Of a DNA stretch of 64,000 bases, positions 37,486 to 51,619 are shown in pieces. This stretch comes from Heterodontus francisci (lineage: Eukaryota). Location: positions 185,823,233 through 185,887,232 of the forward strand of contig NC_090375.1 of assembly GCF_036365525.1 (NCBI RefSeq). The letters run 5' to 3'. Positions within the stretch are counted from its first letter, which is position 1. The number at the start of each line of letters is the position of its first letter. Both the position numbers and the translations under genes were made by a program. The notes beneath the pieces were generated by a model, which was given only the letters and a program-made list of their open reading frames with translations, was not told the DNA's origin and searched no databases.

Positions 37486-38849
37486 AGTGTTTTTCAAGAA
37501 TAATTGTTTTCCGTTACAACGTTTTTGCAGATGAAACATATTTCTCCAATTTCTCTTCTGGGGGAAGGAAAGAGTCAAATTAAAAGTGTTTTAGAAATCG
37601 CTCAATCTTCTCAGAAATAATAAACTTTGGAAATTGTCTTTTGGAGCCCTTTCTTTTTAAAACTGATTACCAAATACGTAGTGCTGTATAATAAGAGTGA
37701 CTGATCCTTGGGATTTCATCACCCTTGAAGCTGACGTAACATCGCTAGCAATGGAGCAGACACTCGGGCATTCTGCATACTATAGTATCTTCCATAAACT
37801 TGAAAAATGAGTTTATTCAGGTGGCAGATAACAACAGAGAACCAAGAGCATAAAAATACTCACAAATATTAGGATATTCAAATTATAAAGATCATCATGG
37901 CGCAATCATGAAGTTAGCAAAACTACTGAAAGGAAACTAACCGAAAGCAAATCATCTGAATATTTACTGAATATGTTATGGTTTACTACTGATCAATAGT
38001 AAAAAATCAGTAATTATAACATCTTCTACTTAGTCAATGGCCGTTAACAATACATTTTGATTTTTGTGACTTAAAGGCAGTAAGTGGAATGTTTCAAGGC
38101 AAGGTTAGACACGGCAGTTTTGTAAATTCAACAGAGAACCTATGTTTGTGTAAAGAATGACATGGATTTTTGATAGCTAATGCAGAACCATCTTGACAAT
38201 TTAAAAAAATGCAAGTCAGGAGTTGCATCTGATATTAAAGTCAAAATCTTTTGCTTTCATTTATGTCCTTGTGAAATTGAGGGTTGTTACTGGTATTGAA
38301 TGAGAGCAAAATATAAAACAAAAGGGTAACATTAGTGGACTGTCTCCTTTATTTTGTTGTTACAGCTGCTACACTGTGAGCAAAATATATTGGGCTTAAT
38401 ATAGAATTTCAGTTCAATTTGACCACTGAAATCCAAACAAACAGATTGGAACCGTGCAGACAAATTTATTACTATCAATAAAATGTGTATCATCTCCTTA
38501 ATTTCACAATTGTTCATTAAGAAATTTTGAATAAAGATGCCTTTTATTTAACCAACTTTGCAAAATCAGAGTGAATTAAGCCAATACAACCAGTTGTGAG
38601 CCATCCCAAACCAACTGGTCAGGAGTCAGTGGGTTTGACTTTCCTAGCTCAACAGAATACTCAATCTAGTGGTTTCAGACAATTATAATATTGACCAGCA
38701 CATGTTAAACCTCCATGTAAAATTGAACCTCAAGCTTCATGATAGTTTAGTGAGTAAATGCATCATATGCTGTAGTAGTGAACCATACTGTTTAGGAAGG
38801 TCAGAGAGTCAATCCTTGATCAGTGTTGAACTCATCTGGAGCAACAGTA

Positions 38850-41010
38850 ATAAGAACATAGGAACAGGAGTAGGCTATTCATCCCCTCAAGCCATTCAAT
38901 TAGATCATGCCTGAAGCTCAGAACTAAGGAGCAGCAGAGAGATTTAGGGGGTCCAAGTACAGAAATCACTAAAAACTAGTAGACAGGTACAAAAAATAAT
39001 TTAAAAGGCTAACAGAATGTTGCCATTTATCTCAAGAGATCGTGCAATTCAATAGTGAGGAATTGATGGTTCAGTTGTATAGAACTTTGGTTAGACCCCA
39101 TCTGGAATATTGTGTTCAGTGTTGGACACCGAATCTCAGTGAAGGTATATTGGCCTTTGAAGGGGTACAACGCAGAGTTACCAGAATGATACTAGGGTTT
39201 AAAGGTTAAAGTATGAGTACAGGTTGCAGAAACTAAGCTTGTATTACCTTGATTTTTGAAGGTGAAGTGAGTGAGCTAATCAAGATAGTTAAGACCATAG
39301 AAGAATTCACTGGACAAGATAAAGAGAAGCTATTTCTTCTGGTGGAGAATCCAGAACCAAAGCAATATAATCTTCAAATTAGGCCATTTTAGGGGTGAAA
39401 TCAGGAAGCACTTTTCACACAAAGGGTGGTGGAAATCTAGAACACTCTCCAAAAAGGCAGTGGATGCTGGGTCATTGAAATTTTCAAAACTTGAGATTGA
39501 TAGATTTTTGTTAGGTTTTTGAAAGCCCTTGAATGTGTTGTTTCCATACCCCACCACCACCACTCCTCCCAAAATCCATTCTCATCTTTCCTGAAACTTC
39601 ATATTTGAATCCCTCCAATCAGGTTTCTGCTCTGCCACAGAAATGGCTCTTATCAAAGTCACAAATGATATCCTATGTGATTGTGACAAAGGTAAACTTT
39701 CCTTCCTCGTCCTTCTCAACCTGTCTGCAGCCTTTGACACTGTTGACCACTCCATCCTCCTCCAATGCCTATACATTGTCATCCAGCTGGGTGGGACTGC
39801 ACTCAGCTGGTTCCATTCTTGTCTATTTAATCGCAGCCAGAGAATCACTTGCAATGGCATCTCTTCCTGCGCCCACATCATTACCGCTGGTCTCCCTTAA
39901 GGATCTATCCATGGCCCCCTCCTATTTCTCATCTACATGCTGCCCCTCGGCAACATCATCCAAATGCACAGCGCGGCTTCCACATGTACGCTGATGACAC
40001 TCAGTTTCTTTCTACCTCACCACTACCTCTCTCGGCTTCTTCACTGTTGCTAAATTATCAGACTTGCTCATCTGGCATCCACTACTGGATGAGCAGAAAT
40101 TTCCTCCAATTAAATACTGGGAAGACTGAAGCCATTGTTTTCGCTCCCCACTGCAAATTACATTCCCTAGCTACTGACTCCATCTGTCTCCTTGGCAACG
40201 GTCTGAGATTAAGCCAGTCTGTTTGCAACCTTGGTGTCATATTTGACCTCGAGATAGCTTCTGACCTCATATTCGTTCCATTACTAAGACCGCCTATTTT
40301 CACCTCTGTAACATTGCCCAACTTCGCCCCACCTCAGCTCATCTGCTGCTGAAACGCACATTCATGCCGTCATTACCTCTAGACGTGACTATTCCAACAC
40401 ACTCCTGGTTGGTCTCCCACATTCTACCCTTTGTAAACTTGAGGCCATCCAAAATTCTGCTGCCCTTATATTAACTTGCACAAAGTCCCGTTCACCTATC
40501 ACCCCTGTGCTCGCTGACCTACATTGACTCCCGGTCAAGCAACATCTTGATTTTAAAACTCTCTTCCTTGTTTTCAACTCCCTCCATGGCCTCGGCCCTC
40601 CCTATCTCTGTAATCACCTCCAGCCCCACAAACCTCCAAGATATCTGTGCTCCTCTAATTCTAACACGCACCTACAGTAGCCCAGGACCTAAACTCTGGA
40701 ATACCCTCCCTACACCTCTCCGCCTCTCTATCTCACTTCCTTCCTTTCAGGCACTCCTTAAATCCTACCTCTTTGACCAAGCTTTTGGTCATCTGACCTA
40801 ATATCTCCTTTTGTGGCTCAGTATCATACTTTGTTTTATATTGCTCCTGTGAAGTGTCTTGGGATGTTTTACGTTAAAAGCGCTATATAAATATAAGTTG
40901 TTGGTATTGTGGATATGGAACGAATGTGGTTAAATGGAATTGAGATACAGATTAGACTTGATCACATTGAATGGCAGAACAGACTCAAGGTTTAAATGTT
41001 CCTATGTTCA
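38850..41010 (+). mobile_element. CR1 3' part interrupted by L2 (small inverted CR1 tail at 38850-38912)
   Basis: [11 protein letters not shown]-type sequence at about 39085-39120; CR1 tail resumes at about 40905. Confidence 0.75.
39570..40903 (+). mobile_element. L2 LINE, RT to 3' end
   Basis: LLNLSAAFDTVDH, HMYADDTQ, LQLNTGKTE and PKLWNTLP; tail gcgctatataaatataagttgttg. Confidence 0.9.
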
Positions 41011-41019
41011 AGGACCTCA

Positions 41020-44000
41020 GAAAGGAAAGAAAGTTGTACATTCATAGACATGTCTTTTCTTGCTGCTTCAATACTGTTTACTCTCCAACCACAGTTGCCC
41101 ATGTACCTTTCATGGGCTGCAGTCCTATCTATCTATCTGTTTACACCTTTTCATGCTTTTTTTTCTGACGTGGATTCAGATATGTTCAATGCCTTTCAAT
41201 TTGCAAACCTTCCTTGCCAAACAACAACTGAGTTCTGATTTGCAGGAATTAGAAGTTGCAGCCTGAAAAATACAGGCCTGCCAAGGCCCATCTCCACTTT
41301 AACAGCAGGATAATGTATGGCATAATGTCCCCTTCATTATAGAACAGAGTTTAAATGAACTTGTCAAGAGCATTCCCAAGGGAGATCCACTGTTATAAAA
41401 ACTAACAGTTATTCTGTAACTGTGCTGCTCACTGAGTATGCAACCGTGCAAGGTACAATACTGAGAGCTGTTGTCATTCTCTGGCGGGTAACTATGAAAA
41501 GCAGTCATCCCAATAAGTTTTCTGATGATGAATTCAGCATGACTTTGTTTTCTGAGGCCTGAACTAGCCAGAGAAGTAAAAATATTTTTGGGGCAGCTAC
41601 ATTGCACCCAGTCTAACATTTAGATGTGGTGTGAATTCCCCACCCCACAGCCCCAATCCCATACCCCCGCATGCCTCGCTTGACCTGTTCCCAGTATTTC
41701 AGGTGATGGATGAGAAAAGGAAGTTACAAAAGACAACCAAATTTGATCGAAAGTCAAGGGGGAAATTAAAGGATTCTGATACTTCCAGAGAGCAATCCTC
41801 TATCATTGTTGATAGTTAATGGATTATATCCCCATTTTGAAAGTGCTGTAGCGAAAATCAAAATGCAAACATTTTATTATTTCTATCTATGAATATATGT
41901 GCATCTTTCTTCATGTGCATGTTTTTTGTGTATATGAAGTGTGCATATGTGAATGTACTTTATAGCCATGTGGATAGATGTATGTAAAGCAAGCATAGTT
42001 AAATATATGTGTGCATGTCAGTTTATACACATGCTTTTCTCTATTCATCTATGTCACACAAAGGCACAACACTGTCAGCTTCTTTGCTTTAACCTTTCTC
42101 ATTGTAGTCAATGAACTAACGGCTGCACATTAAGAAAGTAATGAGTCTACAGTGTAAACATTACAGGTCTCATTAAAACACACAAAAAACTGCAATACAT
42201 TTATCGCCATTTATGGATGACGCTCACAGTTTTTTTTTGCACTTCAATCACACCCGGCATTAATTTCCAAGGGAAAAAATAATTAGGATCTCACTTTTCA
42301 GAAGACTAGAGTGAAAATGTAAACAATGCTTCCCTCTGGGCTAGTGCTTTATCAAATTGACAGGTGCATTTGAATTTCCATGGGTGGGGGACATAATAGG
42401 TTATTTATGTGTCATTCTAACAGAACGGTCTGGCCGTCAAGACGGACAGCAGACTTCGCCCACATTAAATTCTGCAACTAATCCCCTGATTTTGACCCCT
42501 GTCAGCCTCCTCAAATGTACTTTGCAACAAAAAAAAAACAGGCGCGCTGCAAACAAGATTGGGACTCCCACTATTCCCCCTGCCTGCTTCTGCCCTGATT
42601 TAATTTTGTGAGAAAGTGGACCCTGGTGAAATCTGTTGCTGCAGTCTGAAGATAGACAGAGCATTTGCTGCTTTTGGAAACATTCCTTTCAAGGATTCCT
42701 GCTCGATTCAAAATGAAAAGTAGCGCACGTAAGGGCAGCAAGCCAATGACTGGTCAGGGAAATATTTTTTTTGAAGGGCGAAGGCACTCTGTTAAAATAA
42801 AGCACAGTCAAACATACCTAATCGTTTGGATGGCGAAATGAACACAATGCAGCAGCACTTAGGAGATTCTGCTCTGATTTTGCAAGAGCGACAATATCAT
42901 TCCGAGGCAACCAGCAGATATTTAGACAGGCATCACTAGGCACCAATATTGTATATTTCAATTTAGCACATTTGGAAGTCTGTTCAGCTGCTGGTTCTCA
43001 TGGTTCATTATTTTCTGTTAAAAATAAGCATTCGCTTGAAGCCTGTTGATCGAAAAATGAGGAATGCAGAGAAGAAAACATAATTTCAGTGCACTGGTCC
43101 ACTAGGCAATGTTACCAGAAATAGCACATTTGGGCTGCATTTTATAACGTGTATTAGGGGGCACAGTACGAAATCAAAACTGGTAAGACAATAATCAAAA
43201 CAAAAAGCAAAGACAGCAGAAGTATGTTCTGCAGTAACAATTAGAATTAGAAACAAGACAAATTGCAGCACTTATTCAGCAGTAAGGCAGGTTTGTATCG
43301 TACTGTTTTCTGCTAAGCTACTAAAAATCATGCTCGCTGCTCCTCGTGCACTTTAATCTTTTGATTCATTCGATTATTCTTAGCATGTTGCTTTACTTTT
43401 CCGCGATGCAGCCTGAGCCCTCATAATTACATTGTTTCATCTGCCATTGTTTTGTTCCTCTCAGTTTTCTCTGAAAACTGAAACTACTTTTGCAACAGAA
43501 AGCGTTGCATCTATCTGCCTTGTGAACGCTCTGCACTCCCCCTTGTGATACTGAGCAACTGGAAACAGGCTAAGTAGGTCAAAAATAAATAAATGCACCT
43601 CTTGTTACCCGTGTTGACCGGTTTAATAATTGGCCAAGGTGCAATCACATGCAAAATATTAGCACTTTGAGTCTGAATAAAAGCACAGCCAAAAGAAGCT
43701 GTTTAAACATCACCTTTGCTTGAGGTAGCCTCGCATTTGTAAAGATAACATTATACACCAAACAACTTGTATCATTATTTTAACAAATGCTGGCTTTCAA
43801 CAAAATTACAAAAACCTGTCTTAAGGAGTTACCTGATCAGTTCCAACAATAAAGATACTTCTGATTTGCACCTCTGTTAGGCCCACATAAAGTCAATCCC
43901 AATGAAGCATGTTTCATCGCATTTTTAAAAAAAAATTAATATAGTTTCAACAGAAGGAAGAATTTGGCAATCATTGTACGTTCCTATTAAAACAAGCAAT

Positions 44001-47000
44001 TCGCTTGAGTTTAGTGAGATCTTGAGTGAAATGTCAGGAAAGCACAATAATCATATTATTATTCCTGACTCCACATTGTCTAAAAGGAAAATCTTTGTGA
44101 AGAATGCACATGGATAAGGTTCTGCTACCAGACAGATTACACAGGATGGGACATATACAACTACAATGCCAGTTTAGAATCATGGGGAAGAATTGCTTGT
44201 CTGAGAATGACAAGAACCATAAGTAGTTACTCTTCATTAGGGAGCCAATCTGTGCCATCTAACTGATGACAGATTTGCCCAAAAGAATAGTTGCAAACCA
44301 CCTTGGATTTAAAATGTTTGCCTGTGGTCACAAATTATCTGGATGTGAAGAAAAAACTATTTGGCTGAGCAAACTTTGATGTGGCACTTACAGATTTCTG
44401 TTGTGAAAACATCTTGAGGGCAATCAAGTGCTATTAACACATGTCAGCGAAGCTTCATAAGAATTACTACAAAAATTATAGATAACCACATAGCTTTTCC
44501 ATCACCGTAGAAATATTCCTGGAGAACAGTTTGCATATCTGCGCAGGCATTATAGAATTTAACAAACCTCCCCACCTACAGCTCTCCCACCCCACCACCA
44601 TATTACAAGGGACAATAATCACAAAGGTGACATGAGACAATTAATTAGATCCATCTGCATTGCTGCTTTTAAATAATTAATGCGTTCATTATGAACTCAA
44701 ATTGATTGGTATTCTTTACCTGAAACAAAACATTCAGCACTACACCTGTGTTGTGCTGAGGCCACTACCTCTGGCTGTGAACGAAAATGATACAGTTTCC
44801 TGTTCTGGCATTAATCAAGGAGCATAACATGAATCACATTTGCTCCTTTATTTTAATTGCAAGGACATATTATGAATACAGTGTCTGAAATGCATTTTTA
44901 ATGAAAAATACTACATCTTGACCTAATCATATCAACCTTATTCTACCTAATTAAGGATGCAAAAATCATTACAGTTGCAAAATATTAGTTCCAGCTCCAT
45001 CAAGCTGCTAGCCTCCCCTTCATGAATATAATTTTTTTTATTCCATGATAAATAGTTAATGAGGTAAAAATGACAAAATTTGCATGTAGGCAAATTAGTT
45101 TAATAGGAAGATGACTTGTTTGACTGGAGAAAGTGACCTTTTCCCGGCAAAAAAAAATGGCTAAAACAATTATAAGCAGAAGGCACGAGTCTTTGTGGCC
45201 AAATGAACAATGCCATATCTCAACCTCGTGAAAGAAAAGACTGAAGCGAAATAAAATTGCTTTTTCATCATAATGCCAGAAGTATTTAAATTCTAATATA
45301 TTTTAGCAGTCTGCTGGCAGCAAATTAAAGCTAAAATAAAACATGCTATGACAATGGGCCATTCAGATCCCCCGTATACGGTAAGGAAAGCTGCTTTTAT
45401 AACAGGATTTATTGCCACAGGATCACATTTATAGCCTAATCAGCACCCTAAAAATACTAAAAAAAAATCCAAACAATATTAGGAAACCCATTGCAAAAAT
45501 AGCTGCCTTTGTAATTTTGACTCTTCAATTTGAGTCAAGTGGATGAGATCATTTAAAAGTCCAAGGAAATTATATTTTGTTTCTTGTGCTGCACTGTCAG
45601 AAACCTGTATGCATCATAAATGGATCCGATTCAGCTTTTGGAGAGGATACACCATCAGCCCCAGGGAATCTTGGCAAAGTAAAAGACTCTGGTTTGGCTT
45701 TAATGTGTTTAATTTTTATTCTTAAAATAAATGCAATAATACTTTAAAGCTGCTCCGTTTCTAATGCAAGTTTAATTTGAACGTAAGCTTGCAGGTCTTT
45801 ATAAAATCAAAACAGGAATAATTCTTAAATGGCACTGTGTAACTTTAAATTTATTACTAAACATGCTCAGCTGAATGAACTACCCTTCTAATTGTTGGAC
45901 GTCTTTCCTCTATTTCTTACCTATCCCACAGATGCAAACCAGTAACTCTTTTTTAATAGTTGGCTTCCTTCACTCTTCTCCCTCAGTAGGCCTCTAACAA
46001 AAGCTTCTCACAGCCAAACAACCTCTGTCATTCAAGAGAAAGGGGACAATTTGGTCCATGCACTGCTCTGCATTAGCACTGATGTTTTTCTACAATCAAT
46101 TTGAAGGCGCACTTACAGTCTGTTAACTTCCTCCTCTTCTATAATCATGCATCCCACATATTATATTGAGGTTTACCATCCAGAACTCAAGTGAGGATTG
46201 GCAAAATATACTCCCAGGCAATGACAGGCAGACCCATTACCATCTGGGCACAATGAATTACTTAATATATGGGCACAAACAGCACAGCAACCAGCTTTAA
46301 AGTCTCTAGATGTGTGTATCTCCCATGTATCAAAGTGTATTTTGAAACCCACTCCATGCTCTGATATTTTCCACATGGGCATCTGCAATTTATTAGCTGG
46401 TTTATTGTCAGGGTGACAGGAAATCTTAATATTCTAAAAGTTAAAAAGCACTGCAGCTATGGAAATAATGTAGTGAATCATCTAACTGCTAACAAGCCAC
46501 TAGAATCATTTAATGCATAACTTATTTCTGTGTAAGATTCAGTCACTAATAGCTTCTAAATCACTTCAGAAGCACCCTTTTGAAAATATGCATTTTGTTC
46601 TATTTTTTCACTTCAAACTCTAATCTTGCTTTTAACATCTTCTAGTGCATTTTTCTCTATTTTATTCCATCCACCTTCAAGGAGAGATATTTTCTCTGCT
46701 AAATCAGCACGTCATATCAAATGATGAGATCAGATTCGTAAAGGCTCCCTCTTGAAATCTGCCAGTTACAGAGGCACCTTGTAGTATTCACAGCTCACTG
46801 TTTCTGAAAGTAAGGCACATCGAAGTCACTGGCATATGGAAAGAATAGTACTATTATGCAGTGAGGCAGCAAAAAGCAGCAACACACTGCCTTGAAGAAG
46901 GTATCACATTACAATCTGACAGACCAGTGTGGTGATGGGGGAATGCTATTCTTTAAGGAAGAAGAGGGATGATTAAAAAAGCAAATCATTAGCTCATTCT

Positions 47001-47600
47001 GCCACGACAGAACAGGGTTATTAATGGAGGTCTAAGATTATTGGCGAGGTCATTGTCACTATTCACTAATTCTGAAACACTGTGTTATTTCATTAGTACA
47101 TAAAGTTAACATGGATTATGATACAGGTTTTAAGACATGATCACTGAATTGGTGGATATTAAATTGGGGAACATTTTATGTTGCCACAATTTTGATACAT
47201 TTTATAATTAAAGTTAATGGTGTTTAAGTGCAACTACTGTATCTCAGCATGTGAGCTTGTATTTATCAAATGATTTTTGCACATATCATTAATTTCAAAT
47301 AATAAATTATAGCAATAAAATATGCTCATCCATGTATAACGAAACACACATTCTGCATATATGTTTCCAATATCGCGAAACCAAACTCTTGATAAAATTT
47401 TGTAAAGTTCAAACTATAAACAGAAAATGGGGAATAAACACAGCAGCTATCAGATTTCGAGAATTCAATGTTGCTTTCATCTCCCCTGTAAAGTCCAAAT
47501 TGTGACCAAACTTTAATTTGTTATAACATATAAATCTGGTTGTAAGTAAGTTATTTTCTCTGTGGGGCACTGTTCTGGTTTGATCTGAAGCTTTAATGGG
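41020..47600. promoter_or_regulatory. TE-poor intronic block, candidate cluster of conserved non-coding enhancers
   Basis: About 6.5 kb with no recognisable LINE or SINE in an otherwise TE-dense window; dense TAAT, SOX, FOX and TGACAG motifs; locus context. Confidence 0.45.
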
Positions 47601-47670
47601 GTGTTACGTATTATATCACAACATTAGAGTAGAAACTTGGTTGATGCCACACTGAACTTTGAAAAGGACA

Positions 47671-47868
47671 GAGGCGCAAGGGGAGAGCCAACTGTGCAAC
47701 AGCCCCAACAAACAAATTTCTCTGCAGCACCTGTGGAAGAGCCTGTCACTCCAGAATTGGCCTTTATAGCCACTCCAGGCGCTGCTTCACAAACCACTGA
47801 CCACCTCCAGGCGCGTAACCATTGTCTCTCGAGATAAGGAGGCCCAAAAGAAAGAAAAGAAAAAAAGA
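47671..47868 (+). mobile_element. RTE-clade LINE 3' end with 45-bp TSD
   Basis: Encodes QRRKGRAN..FLCSTCGRACHSRIGLYSHSRRCFTNH* (RTE C-terminal zinc finger); A/G-rich tail; identical flanks 47626-47670 and 47869-47913. Confidence 0.88.
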
Positions 47869-48254
47869 AGAGTAGAAACTTGGTTGATGCCACACTGAAC
47901 TTTGAAAAGGACACACCCACCTACATCTCAAAGAAAAAGATGTAATAACATTGTGACATTACATTGGTGAATAATAAAAAAAGAGTCATGTCATTATCAC
48001 AAATAAAAACAGGAAAATAGGATCTGAGTAGCTAACTCTGATGTCAGGCTGTCACCAGCCTAGATGCTATGAGTTGATTGGCCTCCACCTGTGTAGAGAT
48101 TACAATGACTCTATTAAAAGCAGCAAGTACTCTGGTCTCCTTTATAAAACATGAAATGCTGGGGGTTAAAATTATGCACTATGTTATTAGCAACAAACAA
48201 TATGAAACCCCTTCTACTTTATCAAAAGCATTACCCTGTTTATTTTTTAAAGAA

Positions 48255-48362
48255 AGGCCTGCATTTATATAGCACCTTTCATGACCTCAGGACGTTCCAT
48301 AGTGCTTTACAGCCAATGAAGTGCTTTTGAAGTGTAATCACTGTTGTAATGCAGGAAACATT
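48255..48362 (-). mobile_element. DeuSINE tail fragment
   Basis: tgcatttatatagcacctttcatgacctcaggacg..cactgttgtaatg. Confidence 0.75.
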
Positions 48363-49447
48363 AAATGGGTTATAAATCTTGATTAAAACTGAAATCAGAG
48401 GAATTTCATTTGAACATGTTTGTCACTAAAATGGCACAGCATAATTACATAATGAAAATATAATTATGAATACATTTCTTGAATATTGTACCTGCAGCCC
48501 TACATTAGTTATCTACTGCCATTATCCATGTCCGTGATTATCTGGGACAAAGTTCCCTGGATAATGCTGAATTTGCTTGGATAATGGGAGATAGCGGGTG
48601 AGGTTGGGCCTGCTAAAATTTTTGTTTACCTTCACACATTACGATTGACCTTCTCCCTCAGGCAAGATCAGGTTGCACTGGATCAGCTGATCCAACAGCT
48701 GACCTCATGGGTCAAGCCTCTCCTCTAGAGACCCACCTGCAATTCCAGGCCTTATAGCCAAGAGTTGGCCAAGAATACTCCTTCAAAGGCACCACTGGGG
48801 CTATAAAGGTAAGTAGTAACAGCCGCACACACTCACTTTCAGCAATCCTGTCCATAACCTCCCCAACACCGATCTCAGTGGAGTTGCTGACTTAATACTC
48901 TGCAGCGAGCCTGACTGTTGAAGTGTGCTGCTGTGCTACAGAGTGGAGCATGTCTTAAATGTAACATTAGCTTGAACAGTGTAGCTGATGTTGCATTCGA
49001 CACGTGCCCCACTGTGAAAGCTGATCTTAAAGCTGGCAGATCTGCTGGTCTCGACTGAGACTGTCAATAGGGATGGGTAGAGGTGTGAATAGACATTGAG
49101 GCTCACCTCTGTAGCTGGAGGCCCTGTGGTTTCATCAGGGGAGCATTTATGACGAGCTTCTGGGTGCCAACAGCTGGAGGTGCAGGTGGATTTGTGAGAC
49201 GCTGTGAAGCAGCAGATCACCTGATGAATCATCTGTTCCAGCAACAGTTCATCTTAATACCTGGATTAGCACAATGGAGAGATATGCTCCTGGGGAATCT
49301 TGATTATCTGATCAGCATCTATTGTCCATGGTGGGGGGGGAGGGGGGGAGGGGCAGGGGAAAGGGCTGCCTTCTTCTCTGATGGAGGGACCACTGTACTG
49401 TTAAGTTTTGATTAGCTAAACTGATTTCTACTGGGATGTCCACTCAC

Positions 49448-49607
49448 CTTCCTTCTCTCGCCATTGATCCCCCTCCATTGCTCTGCCTTTTTCATTATGT
49501 AGTTCAGCTCCTGATTCGACAGCTCCAAGTCCATGGGAACAAGAAATCTTTCTTCGGCGCTGTGCAGTCGGTAGAAGACATCTTGCAGCCGCCCACCGTT
49601 GCGCAGC
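49448..49607 (-). CDS. OFCC1: Coding exon of OFCC1/ojoplano-like protein (160 nt, phase 2 to 0): LRNGGRLQDVFYRLHSAEERFLVPMDLELSNQELNYIMKKAEQWRGINGERRK
   Basis: Acceptor ttttgccactctgaag|G and donor AAG|gtgagt; completes the AG/G Arg codon from the upstream exon; 53 open codons; not present in the ORF track on this strand. Confidence 0.87.
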
Positions 49608-51619
49608 CTTCAGAGTGGCAAAAATACATTACAAGTTATTCATCTAACAATCTTGTCTTATAGACACACTATCGAGTTGAGTACAGTTGCAACCACTAAC
49701 CCTGCATTCCTCAGGGCAATCGCCTGCCAATAAACCAGAGCTGGGCATTATTTAAAACACAAGACGAGAATTCTAATCAGCCAAAGTTATCTTTCATGAT
49801 GGACTCCTGACAGCCTTCATGGGACGAGTATCACTTTGTTTTTAAGGTGCGACTATGAAATCAATGCAATGTTTAAAAATATATACAGTACCTCTTTAAT
49901 AGGTAATTAAAACGAGGATAGCAGCACAGCCCCATCTATGTATATTGCCTGAGGCATTTTTTTTTAGAAATAGGTCATACGGTATGTCACAAGTTCCACT
50001 GACAGCCAATAGGAAACAGCAGCTTCTGAAGCCAAGACGCTTCAGTGGCCTACATTTGCAACAATTCACTGCACTGAGTGGCAGAAACCATTATTTTTGG
50101 CTCATGTTTTAATATTGGTCACTTAGTTAAAGCAGATATTATGCAGCAAAGGTGTGATATTGATATTAATGGGGAGATGACTGGGTTCAGCTGTAATGCC
50201 TGAGCCTGATATTAAAAGAATGAGAAAGATCTACACTCAAACACTGAAGCCCAGAGGTATTCTGTACCTATTCTGGTTGCTTTAAATGTGTTTTTTTTTG
50301 TGTTGCTTATTAATCCTTTGCACTTGTCAGCCTACTTGTCCCACTGCTTGGCGAGGACAAACACAGTTAAGGACTTTTATTCTGGATCTCATTGTTACTT
50401 AAGGGTTGTTATGGGAAACCACTTTCGAAGTAAGACAATGATCTAAAATGACCAGCACCAAGCTCCATTTGTCCGTTATGCTGCTTTTGTATTTTTGATC
50501 ACAATAAGTGATCGCACACTAAAATGAAGGACACGAAATGGTTATTTAAATATTGTATCTCCATGTATTTACTCCATTTGCACATCAAGCATTACCCCTC
50601 CCTATCTTCACAACATGAAGACTGCCTGTAACCCTTTAATTGCTTTATTTTATTAAGTGTTGGGCGAATACCAGAAAAAAAATGCTAACTGAGAAGAGAA
50701 ATATTACATCCTGTATTAAATGACTTCCCAGAATAAATTCTAAATCATAATATTTAAGTTAATAACAAGCGAAATAAAATCACATCCAGGCTATGATTGT
50801 TGTCTAGAGAAGCTGTTTTTTGTTATTTTTAATACAAATAATTTCTGCACAGTGACAAAGTTGAGATGTAACTGTTAGCTACAACAAATAATTGGTACTG
50901 TTTGGATACCTGTTTAAAAGAAAAGTATTGGGTGGGGAGAAATCTTTCAAAACAGATGATAAATGAAATGGGGCGTTCGTGCCTCCTTTAGATTTGTGGA
51001 CAAGCTGCCAGCTTGATAATTGGACAGTTCCCCCATTGGCGGGAGGAGTTATGGGTGAGCCTGACATCAGCTCCTATTAAAGGGGCAGTGGAGCTGAGCC
51101 AAAGCTTGTCTCTGCACCATGGAAGCCAGGAAGTGTGCACCGGGAAAGTGCCGAGGTTCTCCGGCAATGCAGTGGAGGATTTAATGTAGGAAATGTCTTC
51201 TTTCCAGCAGAAGGGAGAAGGATGCCCCACCATACTGCCAGGATAAAGCAGTGCCAAGGAGAGCAGCCTCGCAGGAGAAGGGAATCCATTCCTTCTTATC
51301 CGCTAAAGAGATTGCCATGGATGTTCTGGGTATCTGGAGACAATTTGAAGTAAGATGATGCATCCCACAGGGTGCTTGGCCCTATCATCCTCTATTATTA
51401 ACTACGTTCTTCACTCAGTCTACATCACAACCAAGTGCGTCATTGAACAAACACTCTTTGTCTACGATATACCATCGTTTTCAGTTACCAACCATTTTTC
51501 CTCTTTCCAGGTCCTGATGAAGTTCCAGCATCCTTGGGCAGTGGAGGTGGAGGATGAAGAATCTGTCAGTGAAGTGTACTGTCACTCACTCCCACTGTTG
51601 CAAGCGCCAACTCAGCAAT

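Noticed and set aside
466-51530. CTGATGA motifs checked as possible hammerhead ribozyme cores (e.g. 466, 28853, 37097, 51514)
   Set aside because: None has the stem II plus GAAA arrangement or flanking stems
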